Assembly: GCA_902771735.1 (NCBI GenBank)
Contig: CACXXO010000010.1
Span: forward strand, 4,056-68,055
Direction: 5' to 3'
DNA length: 64,000 bases
DNA from: an uncultured Bacteroidota bacterium
GTDB lineage: Bacteria > Bacteroidota > Bacteroidia > Bacteroidales > P3
This document shows, piece by piece, positions 8,675 to 16,728 of this stretch. A program made the translations under genes and the position numbers. Each line of letters opens with the position of its first letter. Position 1 is the first letter of the stretch. Below the pieces are notes generated by a model. It was not told where the DNA came from. It saw only the letters and a program-made list of their open reading frames with translations, and ran no database searches.

Positions 8675-10246
8675 ATGAAACGAATACTGATACTTTTGGT
8701 TATGGCGCTGCCGATGATTGCCGTGGCGCAGGTGAATACCAAGGAGAGTTGCACCTCTATCATGGTAGGCAGGCGCGCGAGCACCGACGGGAGCGTTATC
8801 ACGTCGCACACCTGCGACGGGCGCTACCGTACATGGATGACCATTGAGCCGGCGGCCGACCACAAGAAAGGGACCAAGCACGAGGTGCGCAAGGGCACGA
8901 TGCACACCGTGTCGCCCACCGACACTGTGGGTATTCGGGTGGCCGGCACCATCAGCGAGGTGGAGCACACGTATGCCTACCTCAATACCTCCTACCCCTG
9001 CCTCAACGAGAAGCAGTTGGCCATTGGCGAGAGCACCTTCGGTGGACCCGACACGCTGCAGAATCCCGACGCCATGTTCCTCATCGAGGAGTTGGAACGC
9101 ATCGTCCTGCAGCGCTGCACCACGGCCCGTCAGGCCATCCAGCTTATTGCCAAACTGGTTGAGAAACACGGCTATGCCGATGGCGGAGAGTGTATCACCA
9201 TTGCCGACAAGCGCGAAGTGTGGCAGATGGAAATTATCGGCTGCGGCCGCACGGAGATAGGTGCCGTGTGGGTGGCGCAGAGGGTTCCCGACGACCACAT
9301 TGCAGTGAGTTGCAACATTCCACGTATCGGCAAGATACAACGTTCGAATTCTGAATACTTCATGTGCTCCGACAATGTGGAGAATGTGGCAAAGAAATAT
9401 TTCCTTTGGGATGGCGAGGGTGAGTTCTGCTTTTGGAAGGCCTACAATACCTCGTGGGCCAACGGCAAGAACTACCGCGAGCGCGAATGGTTCATCTTCA
9501 ATGCTTTGGCGCCATCGCAGGGGTTCACGCGCGACATGCCTGAGCTGCCCTTCTCGGTGAAGCCCGATTCGCCGGTCGATGTCACCGACGTTATGGAACT
9601 CCTCCGCTCCACCTACGAAGGGACCGACATGGACATGTGTCGCAACCTCAAGGTGGTGGTGAATCGCAAGCGCGACGACGGCACCAGCTACAAGGACACC
9701 GTGGTGAGCCCTGTGGCCAACCCCTGGCTCACGGGTACCATGCAGCAGACCCTCAATATGATAGCTCCCGGTACCATCGATTTCAAGCGTACCGTCAGTG
9801 TGGCATGGTGCAGCTACTCGTTTGTGGCGCAGCTGCGCGACTGGCTGCCCGACGAGGTGGGAGGCGTGTGCTGGATGGCTGTCGACAATCCCGGCCAGAG
9901 TCCCCGTATCCCCATTTTCTGCGGCACTACCGAGCTGCCCGCCGCCTTCAGTCGCTGCGGACAGAAGAAATACGACCCCGAAGCCTGGCTGTGGCAGTAT
10001 CGCCGCGCCAACAAACTGGCCACCGTGGCCTGGCAGCGCACCAAGAAGCAGCACATGAACGCCGTGCTGCAGCAGGAGGGCACCGCTTTCAGCGGCCTCA
10101 AGAATCTGGAGGAGAGTGTCAAGGCCAATCCCAAGAAAGCTGCCAAGCAGCTCAACGCCTATACCAAACAAATCTATGAGAACACCAAGGCTGCCTGGGC
10201 TGACCTCGAAGCCGACTATTGGAGCATGTTCGGCATGGGATTTTGA
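8675..10246 (+). CDS. C69 family dipeptidase (secreted)
   Basis: Signal peptide MKRILILLVMALPMIAVAQ, then the ESCTSIMVG Cys-nucleophile context. The length is about 520 aa. The ORF-track start at 8504 reads through repeat R1 and is rejected. Confidence 0.75.
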   Translation: MKRILILLVMALPMIAVAQVNTKESCTSIMVGRRASTDGSVITSHTCDGRYRTWMTIEPAADHKKGTKHEVRKGTMHTVSPTDTVGIRVAGTISEVEHTYAYLNTSYPCLNEKQLAIGESTFGGPDTLQNPDAMFLIEELERIVLQRCTTARQAIQLIAKLVEKHGYADGGECITIADKREVWQMEIIGCGRTEIGAVWVAQRVPDDHIAVSCNIPRIGKIQRSNSEYFMCSDNVENVAKKYFLWDGEGEFCFWKAYNTSWANGKNYREREWFIFNALAPSQGFTRDMPELPFSVKPDSPVDVTDVMELLRSTYEGTDMDMCRNLKVVVNRKRDDGTSYKDTVVSPVANPWLTGTMQQTLNMIAPGTIDFKRTVSVAWCSYSFVAQLRDWLPDEVGGVCWMAVDNPGQSPRIPIFCGTTELPAAFSRCGQKKYDPEAWLWQYRRANKLATVAWQRTKKQHMNAVLQQEGTAFSGLKNLEESVKANPKKAAKQLNAYTKQIYENTKAAWADLEADYWSMFGMGF

Positions 10247-10267
10247 TTAGTTTAAGAGATAATAGTT

Positions 10268-12016
10268 ATGGTAATGCGTAATTGTGTTAATGTGTTAGTT
10301 TTTTTGCTACTGCCGATGATGGTGGGAGCGCAGAATGTGAAGATACCGAAGGATGCCAACAGGTTTACCTACTGGCAGTTCGAATACGGCGAGAAGACCG
10401 ACACTTCGTGCATCGAGGTGTGGCTCAACGACGGCGTGGCAAGCATAGAGACACCCGGCATCGAGGGAACACCTGTTCAAGGCTACGCCCCGACGCATAC
10501 CTACATCGACTATCCAGACGACAGCATCACCGTTTCCGTCAGCTACCCCGACAGCAGCTACTACTATCGCACCGCGCTCTCGCGCAGCGACATAGAGTGG
10601 AAGGTGGAAGGGCCGGCCAAGGAGCGGAAATACACCTGCTCCATCAACAGCAACACCCTCGTCTTCGTGATGGACGAAACGGTGAAGCAGAATGCCACCC
10701 CACTGCCGTACTATGGCCTGGCGAAAGGCGTGCTTCGCAGCTTCACCCGCAACGGTCAGCTGCGGATAAAGCTTGCCAAGAGTACATGGATAAACAATGC
10801 CCCATGGCCCGGTATCGGGGTGATGGGCCGCCGCGTGACACCCCGCGAGCTCGACCGTATCATGAAGGAACGCCTTGTCGTCACCACCCGCATCTTCGAC
10901 AACGTACAGCTGCATTGGGGTGCCCAGAATGCACATGTGAGTGACAGCGTCCCCTTCGACACTGTGCTTCACTATGCTGGAGGTACCCTGGCCCTCAAGA
11001 GGCTTCACCTCCCTGTGCTGCCAGAACACTACCAGTATTTCCTCGAATTGCACCAACGCAGCAACGGCGATGCCTACGACCGCACGGGCTCTGTGTTCGT
11101 CATTCCTGGGTTCAACAACAGTCTTGAGCCGACCTTCTTCGACGGCATCAACGGACACCCCGACTCTCTGCCTGTCTTTATCGACCACAACGGTGAACGT
11201 TACCAGGGCATACGTTCAGGTATCAGCCATCTAAAGAAATACCGTATTTCGTCTTTTGTCTACGACCCGCCGGTCGAGTTGATGCGTTTCTTCACACCTT
11301 TCGGCGTAGGCCATTTCAACGAGCGCATGGCGAATTACGGCATCGACTGGGCAGATGAGACCTATTACCGGCAAGAAGTCAGCGACCTGGCTCCGCTGTT
11401 GCAAGGCGATGTGCTTATCGGTGTATGGATAGGCAACTACGACGCCGGCGGACACATTGTCAGCCTCGACCTAAAGTCCTACCCCAACGACTACCTGGTG
11501 CCCGACAGTAGTAGCAAACACCCCTATATCCGTTCACTCTTTAACACCTGCAATGTGCTGGAAATGGCGGGCCAGAACTATGGCAAACTTTTTGCTACTG
11601 ATTCACTCAGCACGTGGGGTGGCATATGGATTCCCAAAGATGCCAAGCGTGTGCTACTGCGCTACATCTCCACCGGCCACGGTGGCTGGGGCGAAGGTGA
11701 CGAGTTTGTACCGAAAACCAACATCATCCTTATCGACGGCAAACCCGCCTTCTCCCACACCCCCTGGCGGCAGGATTGCGGCTGCTACCGCGACCTCAAC
11801 CCCGTCAGCGGCAACTTCTGGAACGGCCTCAGCAGCTCCGACTTCTCGCGCAGCGGCTGGTGCCCCGGCACCGCCACACAGCCCGTTTACTTCGACCTCT
11901 CACCCTGGGCCGACGGCCGCGAGCACACCCTCACCGTCGCCATCCCGCAAGGCAAGCCCGTCGAGGGCATGTTCAGCCACTGGGCTGTCAGCGGCACATT
12001 AATCATTGAATACTAA
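10268..12016 (+). CDS. secreted PNGase F-like (peptide-N-glycosidase F-related) protein
   Basis: Signal peptide present. The C-terminal region, with GHGGWGEGDEF and SRSGWCPGTATQPVYFDL, resembles the PNGase F C-terminal domain. Confidence 0.5.
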   Translation: MVMRNCVNVLVFLLLPMMVGAQNVKIPKDANRFTYWQFEYGEKTDTSCIEVWLNDGVASIETPGIEGTPVQGYAPTHTYIDYPDDSITVSVSYPDSSYYYRTALSRSDIEWKVEGPAKERKYTCSINSNTLVFVMDETVKQNATPLPYYGLAKGVLRSFTRNGQLRIKLAKSTWINNAPWPGIGVMGRRVTPRELDRIMKERLVVTTRIFDNVQLHWGAQNAHVSDSVPFDTVLHYAGGTLALKRLHLPVLPEHYQYFLELHQRSNGDAYDRTGSVFVIPGFNNSLEPTFFDGINGHPDSLPVFIDHNGERYQGIRSGISHLKKYRISSFVYDPPVELMRFFTPFGVGHFNERMANYGIDWADETYYRQEVSDLAPLLQGDVLIGVWIGNYDAGGHIVSLDLKSYPNDYLVPDSSSKHPYIRSLFNTCNVLEMAGQNYGKLFATDSLSTWGGIWIPKDAKRVLLRYISTGHGGWGEGDEFVPKTNIILIDGKPAFSHTPWRQDCGCYRDLNPVSGNFWNGLSSSDFSRSGWCPGTATQPVYFDLSPWADGREHTLTVAIPQGKPVEGMFSHWAVSGTLIIEY

Positions 12017-12026
12017 AACATAGGGA

Positions 12027-13310
12027 GTGAAAAGGAGTGAAAGGGCAAATGAAGAAATGAGAATTAAGAGAAATATCATCCTGTTGCTGCTTGTCCTTTG
12101 TCCCTTTGTGCAGGGACAGAGTGTGAAGATTATCTTTGCTGGCGACCTGATGAGTCACATGCCGCAGGTCAATGCCGCCAAGCAGGCCAACGGCAGCTAC
12201 GACTATTCGCCCTGCTTCCGCTACATCAAGCCTTATGTTCAGAGTGCCGACTTGGCCATTGTCAACCTCGAGGTGCCACTCGACGGCAAGCCTTATAGCG
12301 GTTATCCCCAGTTCTCGGCTCCCGATGCGTTGGCTGCCTGTGCCAAAGAGGCGGGTTTCGACATCATGACTACGACCAACAACCACTGCATGGACCGAGG
12401 CCGCCACGGCTTGGAACGCACCCTCCGCGTTCTCGACAGCCTGGGTATCCCACACCTCGGCACCTACCGCGACCGTGCCAGGCACGACAAAGAACACCCA
12501 TTGATGGTGGAACGTAACGGCATACGTCTGGCACTGCTCTCCTATACTTATGGCACCAATGGTATTCCCGCCGTGGAACCCAATATCGTCAACCTTATCG
12601 ATACCACGGAAATGCTGCGTGATCTGCAAGTTGCGCATGAGCGTGGCGCCGATTTTACCATTACATTGATTCATTGGGGCATAGAGTATGCCGTCAAGGC
12701 CAACAAAGAGCAGGAAGAGATGGCCCGGTGGCTCCTTACCCATGGTTCCGACGCTGTCATCGGGGGCCATCCACATGTGGTGCAGAATTTTACCCTCGAC
12801 GCCATTCCAGACAATGGCCGCTACCCTGAAATTGTAGTTTATTCGATGGGTAACCTCGTTAGCAATCAGCGCGATGTGAACTGCGACGGGGGTATCATGA
12901 TTGAACTCACCCTTGAGCGGAAGATTGACTTATTCAACGATCAATCGTCGGAGACGTCCCTTTTCCAAAGTTGCAGCTATCTGCCCTATTGGGTTCACCG
13001 GGGCACAGTCGATGGTCTTTACCAATATTATATCGTTCCCTCGACCGACGCTGTGGCCTACCCCGAGAGCTACCAGATTGAAGGCGAGTTGCTCAAGGCA
13101 TTGCAAGTGTTCGACCAAAACACCCGCAAGCGGTTGGAATCCTGTCGCATGAAGAACGGGTCCAACATCGGAGAGCGCATCTTCTTCCGCAATACCCTGC
13201 CTATTCACCCCAAGGCCGGCGGAGTGGTGCCGCTGAGGGGCAATCCGTTGTTGCGCATGGTGATGCAAGAAAAGTCGAAAAGCGATACTAAAATAAAGAG
13301 AAGTAAATAG
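12027..13310 (+). CDS. CapA / PGA_cap family metallophosphatase-like protein
   Basis: SVKIIFAGDLM...ADLAIVNLEVPL...TTNNHCMDRGRHGLERT...HWGIEY...GGHPHVVQ. The start may instead be the MRIKRN ATG at 12057. Confidence 0.7.
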   Translation: MKRSERANEEMRIKRNIILLLLVLCPFVQGQSVKIIFAGDLMSHMPQVNAAKQANGSYDYSPCFRYIKPYVQSADLAIVNLEVPLDGKPYSGYPQFSAPDALAACAKEAGFDIMTTTNNHCMDRGRHGLERTLRVLDSLGIPHLGTYRDRARHDKEHPLMVERNGIRLALLSYTYGTNGIPAVEPNIVNLIDTTEMLRDLQVAHERGADFTITLIHWGIEYAVKANKEQEEMARWLLTHGSDAVIGGHPHVVQNFTLDAIPDNGRYPEIVVYSMGNLVSNQRDVNCDGGIMIELTLERKIDLFNDQSSETSLFQSCSYLPYWVHRGTVDGLYQYYIVPSTDAVAYPESYQIEGELLKALQVFDQNTRKRLESCRMKNGSNIGERIFFRNTLPIHPKAGGVVPLRGNPLLRMVMQEKSKSDTKIKRSK

Positions 13311-13328
13311 TAACCAACAATAATAATT

Positions 13329-13871
13329 ATGATGAAGAAAATCATTGCACTGGCTTTCAGTGTCCTACTCGCCGGCGGCATGGCCACGGCCCAGCATCAT
13401 GGCAACTGCGGCAACTGTCCCAACCATGGTAAGCATCAGGCTCAGAAGTGCGACAATCAGCAGCCAAAGGTCAATGCCGACGGTGTCGACATGGCCGTCG
13501 TCCGTGCCTTTCCCACGGTGAAGAACGTTAAGAAAGTAGAGAAATGGACCGAGGTCTACGATGCCGGTAAGAATCTTCTCGGCTATGTGGTCTATTCCAA
13601 GCCCGCCTCTGACGGCATCAAGGGCTATGCTGGCGAGACACCCCTGCTCATTGCCTTCGACAAGAAGATGGTGATTCTCGGAGTGTGGCTTCTGCCGAAC
13701 AAGGAAACCCCTAAGTTTGTCCAGCGTGTGGAGAGTACTGGCTACTTTGACAGTTGGAATGGACTGACGGTCAAGAAGGCACTGAAAAAGGATGTTGATG
13801 CCGTAAGCGGCGCCACTTTTACCAGCCGTGCTGTGGCACAAAGCCTTCAGGCTGCTTTGAAGCAGTTGTAA
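13329..13871 (+). CDS. exported FMN-binding domain protein
   Basis: Signal peptide present. The C-terminal VDAVSGATFTSRAV matches the FMN_bind flavinylation motif (SGAT[FY][ST]). A His/Cys-rich stretch HHGNCGNCPNHGKH follows the signal peptide. Confidence 0.65.
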   Translation: MMKKIIALAFSVLLAGGMATAQHHGNCGNCPNHGKHQAQKCDNQQPKVNADGVDMAVVRAFPTVKNVKKVEKWTEVYDAGKNLLGYVVYSKPASDGIKGYAGETPLLIAFDKKMVILGVWLLPNKETPKFVQRVESTGYFDSWNGLTVKKALKKDVDAVSGATFTSRAVAQSLQAALKQL

Positions 13872-13927
13872 CTGTCGTGCGTTTTTGGTAAGGTACGAGT
13901 TTCATGTTAACAAAAACCTAATTCGGG

Positions 13928-14194
13928 ATGAGAATAAACGAAAGAATGAGGATCCGTCAGGTGGTTGGCGAAAATGTGGTCATCATGCCGGGAACCGAAG
14001 GAACGGACATGACACGTGTGGTGGCGCTCAACGAGAGTGCTTTGCTGCTATACAACGCGCTGAAAGGTAGGGAATTTGAAGTGGAAGATGTAGTGCGAGT
14101 GATGGTTGATGAGTATGAGGTCGACGAGGAATCGGCTCGCAGGGACGCCGAAGTATGGCTGGCCGATATGAAGAAGAACAAGTTGGTACTGTGA
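13928..14194 (+). CDS. PqqD family protein (RiPP-recognition-element-like peptide chaperone)
   Basis: 88 aa. ...VVIMPGTEGTDMTRVVALNESALLLYNALKGREFEVEDVVRVMVDEYEVDEESARRDAEVWLADM shows the typical PqqD-like size and pattern. Confidence 0.6.
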   Translation: MRINERMRIRQVVGENVVIMPGTEGTDMTRVVALNESALLLYNALKGREFEVEDVVRVMVDEYEVDEESARRDAEVWLADMKKNKLVL

Positions 14195-15045
14195 TGGACG
14201 AAAGTCTGTTGAATATCGGAGGATTGGGAATCAAGCTCGTAGGGGGTAATTCCGTGATGCTCGCCATGTCTCTGCCAGGCATGGATGTATTTGTGTGTCC
14301 CGATGTGGCATGCTCTATCGAGTTCCATCTCGATGTTCCGATTCACAGGCCCAAGTGTCACTTGCTGCACCAGTTCGACATTGTCGATGGTCTCATGCAG
14401 TGCCGTTTCGGTGTGGATGCCGAGGGTGTTTATTACTATGAGTTTGGAAACCAAGGTCTGCTGCGCTACGATGAACGACGGCCCAACGTGGTGGAGCTCA
14501 CTTCGATGACCGACTTTTCAGTGTTGCGGTTCGCCTTATGGACTGCCTATTCGATTGCAGGACTGCGCTTCGGTGCGGTGTCGGTGCATTCGTCGGTGGT
14601 AGTGTGCGAAGGGAAAGCCGTGATGTGTTTGGGTGAGAGCGGGACAGGAAAGAGTACACATACGAGACTGTGGCTCAATAATATTCCGGGGACTCATCTG
14701 CTCAACGACGACGGGCCCGTTGTACGATTCGACGGTCAGAATGTGCGCGTCTATGGCTCGCCTTGGAGTGGCAAGACCGATTGCTATCTGCAAGAGAATT
14801 ACCCTATAGCAGGCTTTTTGCGTCTCGAGCAACGCAAAGAGAACACCATCCGTAAGCTTGGCGTAGTGGAAAGTTTCACCGCTCTGCAACCTTCATGTCC
14901 GCCCTGCATGGCCAAGGAAGAACGTTGTCTGGATCTCTTGGTAGAGTTCATTTCCAATGTATTACAATGTGTGCCTGCCTTCCGTATGGGTTGTCTGCCC
15001 GATGCCGACGCGGCGTTCTTGAGCCATAAAACAATCATGGGATGA
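14194..15045 (+). CDS. HPr-kinase-like P-loop protein (HprK-related)
   Basis: AVSVHSSVVVCEGKAVMCLGESGTGKSTHTRLW...LLNDDGPVV...VYGSPWSGK resembles the HprK C-terminal P-loop core. The start overlaps the PqqD stop (GTGATGG). Confidence 0.55.
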   Translation: MDESLLNIGGLGIKLVGGNSVMLAMSLPGMDVFVCPDVACSIEFHLDVPIHRPKCHLLHQFDIVDGLMQCRFGVDAEGVYYYEFGNQGLLRYDERRPNVVELTSMTDFSVLRFALWTAYSIAGLRFGAVSVHSSVVVCEGKAVMCLGESGTGKSTHTRLWLNNIPGTHLLNDDGPVVRFDGQNVRVYGSPWSGKTDCYLQENYPIAGFLRLEQRKENTIRKLGVVESFTALQPSCPPCMAKEERCLDLLVEFISNVLQCVPAFRMGCLPDADAAFLSHKTIMG

Positions 15046-15785
15046 CGATAGACAACGAGACATATTTCTCTTTGGTCGAGGAACAGTTGGCAGCCACAGG
15101 ACGAGTGAAAATCAAGTTGGTGGGTACCAGTATGCAACCGACGCTGATAGCAGGCGACGAGTTGACGTTGGAGCCTGTTGAGGCTGTGGCGGTAGGTGAC
15201 GTCGTGCTGTTCCGCTATAGGGGCCGACATATTTTGCACCGTATCGTGGCTATCGAACGCGAACGTATCACCATGCGTGGAGACAACTGTGTGACCACCG
15301 AAGAGGTTGGTCGTATGGATGTTGTGGCAAAATTAGTGGCTATAAAGAAACATCACAGATTGAAACATTTGGCGGTGCGATGGTTGGGGAGCAAAGGCCG
15401 CAAGCAACTAAGGCCTTGGTATTTCTTCGGATTGGCATTTCTGATGTGGGCACCGCTCAATGGTGTGGGAATTCCATTGGATAACTTTGTCCTGGGTCTC
15501 CGTATGGATCACTTGCTGCATGCTTCGGTGTTCATTCTTTGCCCGATTTTTCTCTATGACTTATACCGACATGGACGAAAATGGCTTGTATGGTTTACGG
15601 CTGTTGGCATCGGTGTTCTCACCGAGACAGTGCAATGGTTGTTGCCTTACCGAGGCTATGATATAAACGATTTGATTGCCAATTTCTTGGGTGTGAGTCT
15701 TGGGTGGTTGGCTATTCTTTGCCTGCAAGCAGTCCGCAGGCGGCGTCAATGTCCTGACCGCGTGAGGCGCGGAGGGTGCAGATGA
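15042..15785 (+). CDS. S24/S26-type peptidase domain fused to a VanZ-like membrane domain
   Basis: The N-terminus has VGTSMQPTLIAGDELTLEP...GDVVLFRY...HRIV (signal-peptidase/LexA-type Ser context). The C-terminus has 3-4 TM helices with D..LH...F, E..Q.L.PYRGYDINDLIANFLG (VanZ-like). An ATGA overlap joins it to the upstream gene. Confidence 0.55.
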   Translation: MTIDNETYFSLVEEQLAATGRVKIKLVGTSMQPTLIAGDELTLEPVEAVAVGDVVLFRYRGRHILHRIVAIERERITMRGDNCVTTEEVGRMDVVAKLVAIKKHHRLKHLAVRWLGSKGRKQLRPWYFFGLAFLMWAPLNGVGIPLDNFVLGLRMDHLLHASVFILCPIFLYDLYRHGRKWLVWFTAVGIGVLTETVQWLLPYRGYDINDLIANFLGVSLGWLAILCLQAVRRRRQCPDRVRRGGCR

Positions 15786-16728
15786 CTCCGTGGCGGTTGA
15801 GATAATCTTGAAAATTCTTTATTGTGGTGGGCATCGAGGTATGGAACGGCGCCTCCGGTGATTCGTGGAATCGTATCAAGTTCACACGGCAGTCCAATCC
15901 TTTGAGCGCCTCTACCAGTTTTTGCGCATGTTCCAGGTCGTCGTTCTCGCCGCGAAACATAGTGTATTCGAACGAGAGGCGGCGCTGGCCGCTCCAGTCG
16001 TACTGCCTCAGCAGGGCAAGCACCTGATTCAACGGGAAAGCTTTCTGCACCGGCATCATGGCCAATCGCTCTTGTGGCACGGGGTTGTGGAGGCTCACGG
16101 CGAGGTGGCATTGACTCTCGTCGAGAAAACGTTTCATCCCAGGGATGATTCCCACGGTGCTGACGGTGATGCGCTTGGGGCTCCAGCCGAGACCCCAGTC
16201 GGCGGTGAGGACCTGCGTGGCAGCAAGGATGGCATCGAGGTTGTCCATCGGTTCGCCCATGCCCATAAAGACCACGTTGGTCAATTGCTCGAACTCGGGA
16301 ATGGAGAAGAGCTGGTTGAGGATGTCGCCAGCCGAGAGGTTGCCGTGAAAGCCCTGCTGTCCGGTGACACAGAAACGGCAGCCCATCTTGCAGCCCACCT
16401 GACAGGAGACGCAGAGGGTGGCGCGGTCATCGTCGGGGATGAAGACCGACTCGATGAAGTGGCTGTCGAGCACAGGAAAGAGGTATTTCTTGGTGCCGTC
16501 CTTGGAAACCTGGCAGCGTACAGGGTGTTCGCGGCCGATGTGGGCTATCTCGCTCAGGCGGGCACGCTGCGCTTTCGAGAGGTTGGTCATCGCGTCAATG
16601 GTGTCGACTCGTTTCTTGTAGAGCCAGTCGCATAGTTGCTTGGCCGTGAAACGGGGAAAGCCTTCGGCAGCGCAGAGCTCCTGCAGCTGATCCAAGGTCA
16701 TGCCTAACAAGTTAAAAGTCCCATTCAT
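15712..16728 (-). CDS. rlmN: 23S rRNA/tRNA (adenine-C2)-methyltransferase, radical SAM
   Basis: MNGTFNLLGMTLDQLQELC...FTAKQLCDWLY, with the radical-SAM motif CKMGCRFC. The start is taken at 16728, not the ORF-track 16887. Confidence 0.88.
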   Translation of the reverse strand: MNGTFNLLGMTLDQLQELCAAEGFPRFTAKQLCDWLYKKRVDTIDAMTNLSKAQRARLSEIAHIGREHPVRCQVSKDGTKKYLFPVLDSHFIESVFIPDDDRATLCVSCQVGCKMGCRFCVTGQQGFHGNLSAGDILNQLFSIPEFEQLTNVVFMGMGEPMDNLDAILAATQVLTADWGLGWSPKRITVSTVGIIPGMKRFLDESQCHLAVSLHNPVPQERLAMMPVQKAFPLNQVLALLRQYDWSGQRRLSFEYTMFRGENDDLEHAQKLVEALKGLDCRVNLIRFHESPEAPFHTSMPTTIKNFQDYLNRHGVICTLRASRGQDIDAACGLLAGKE

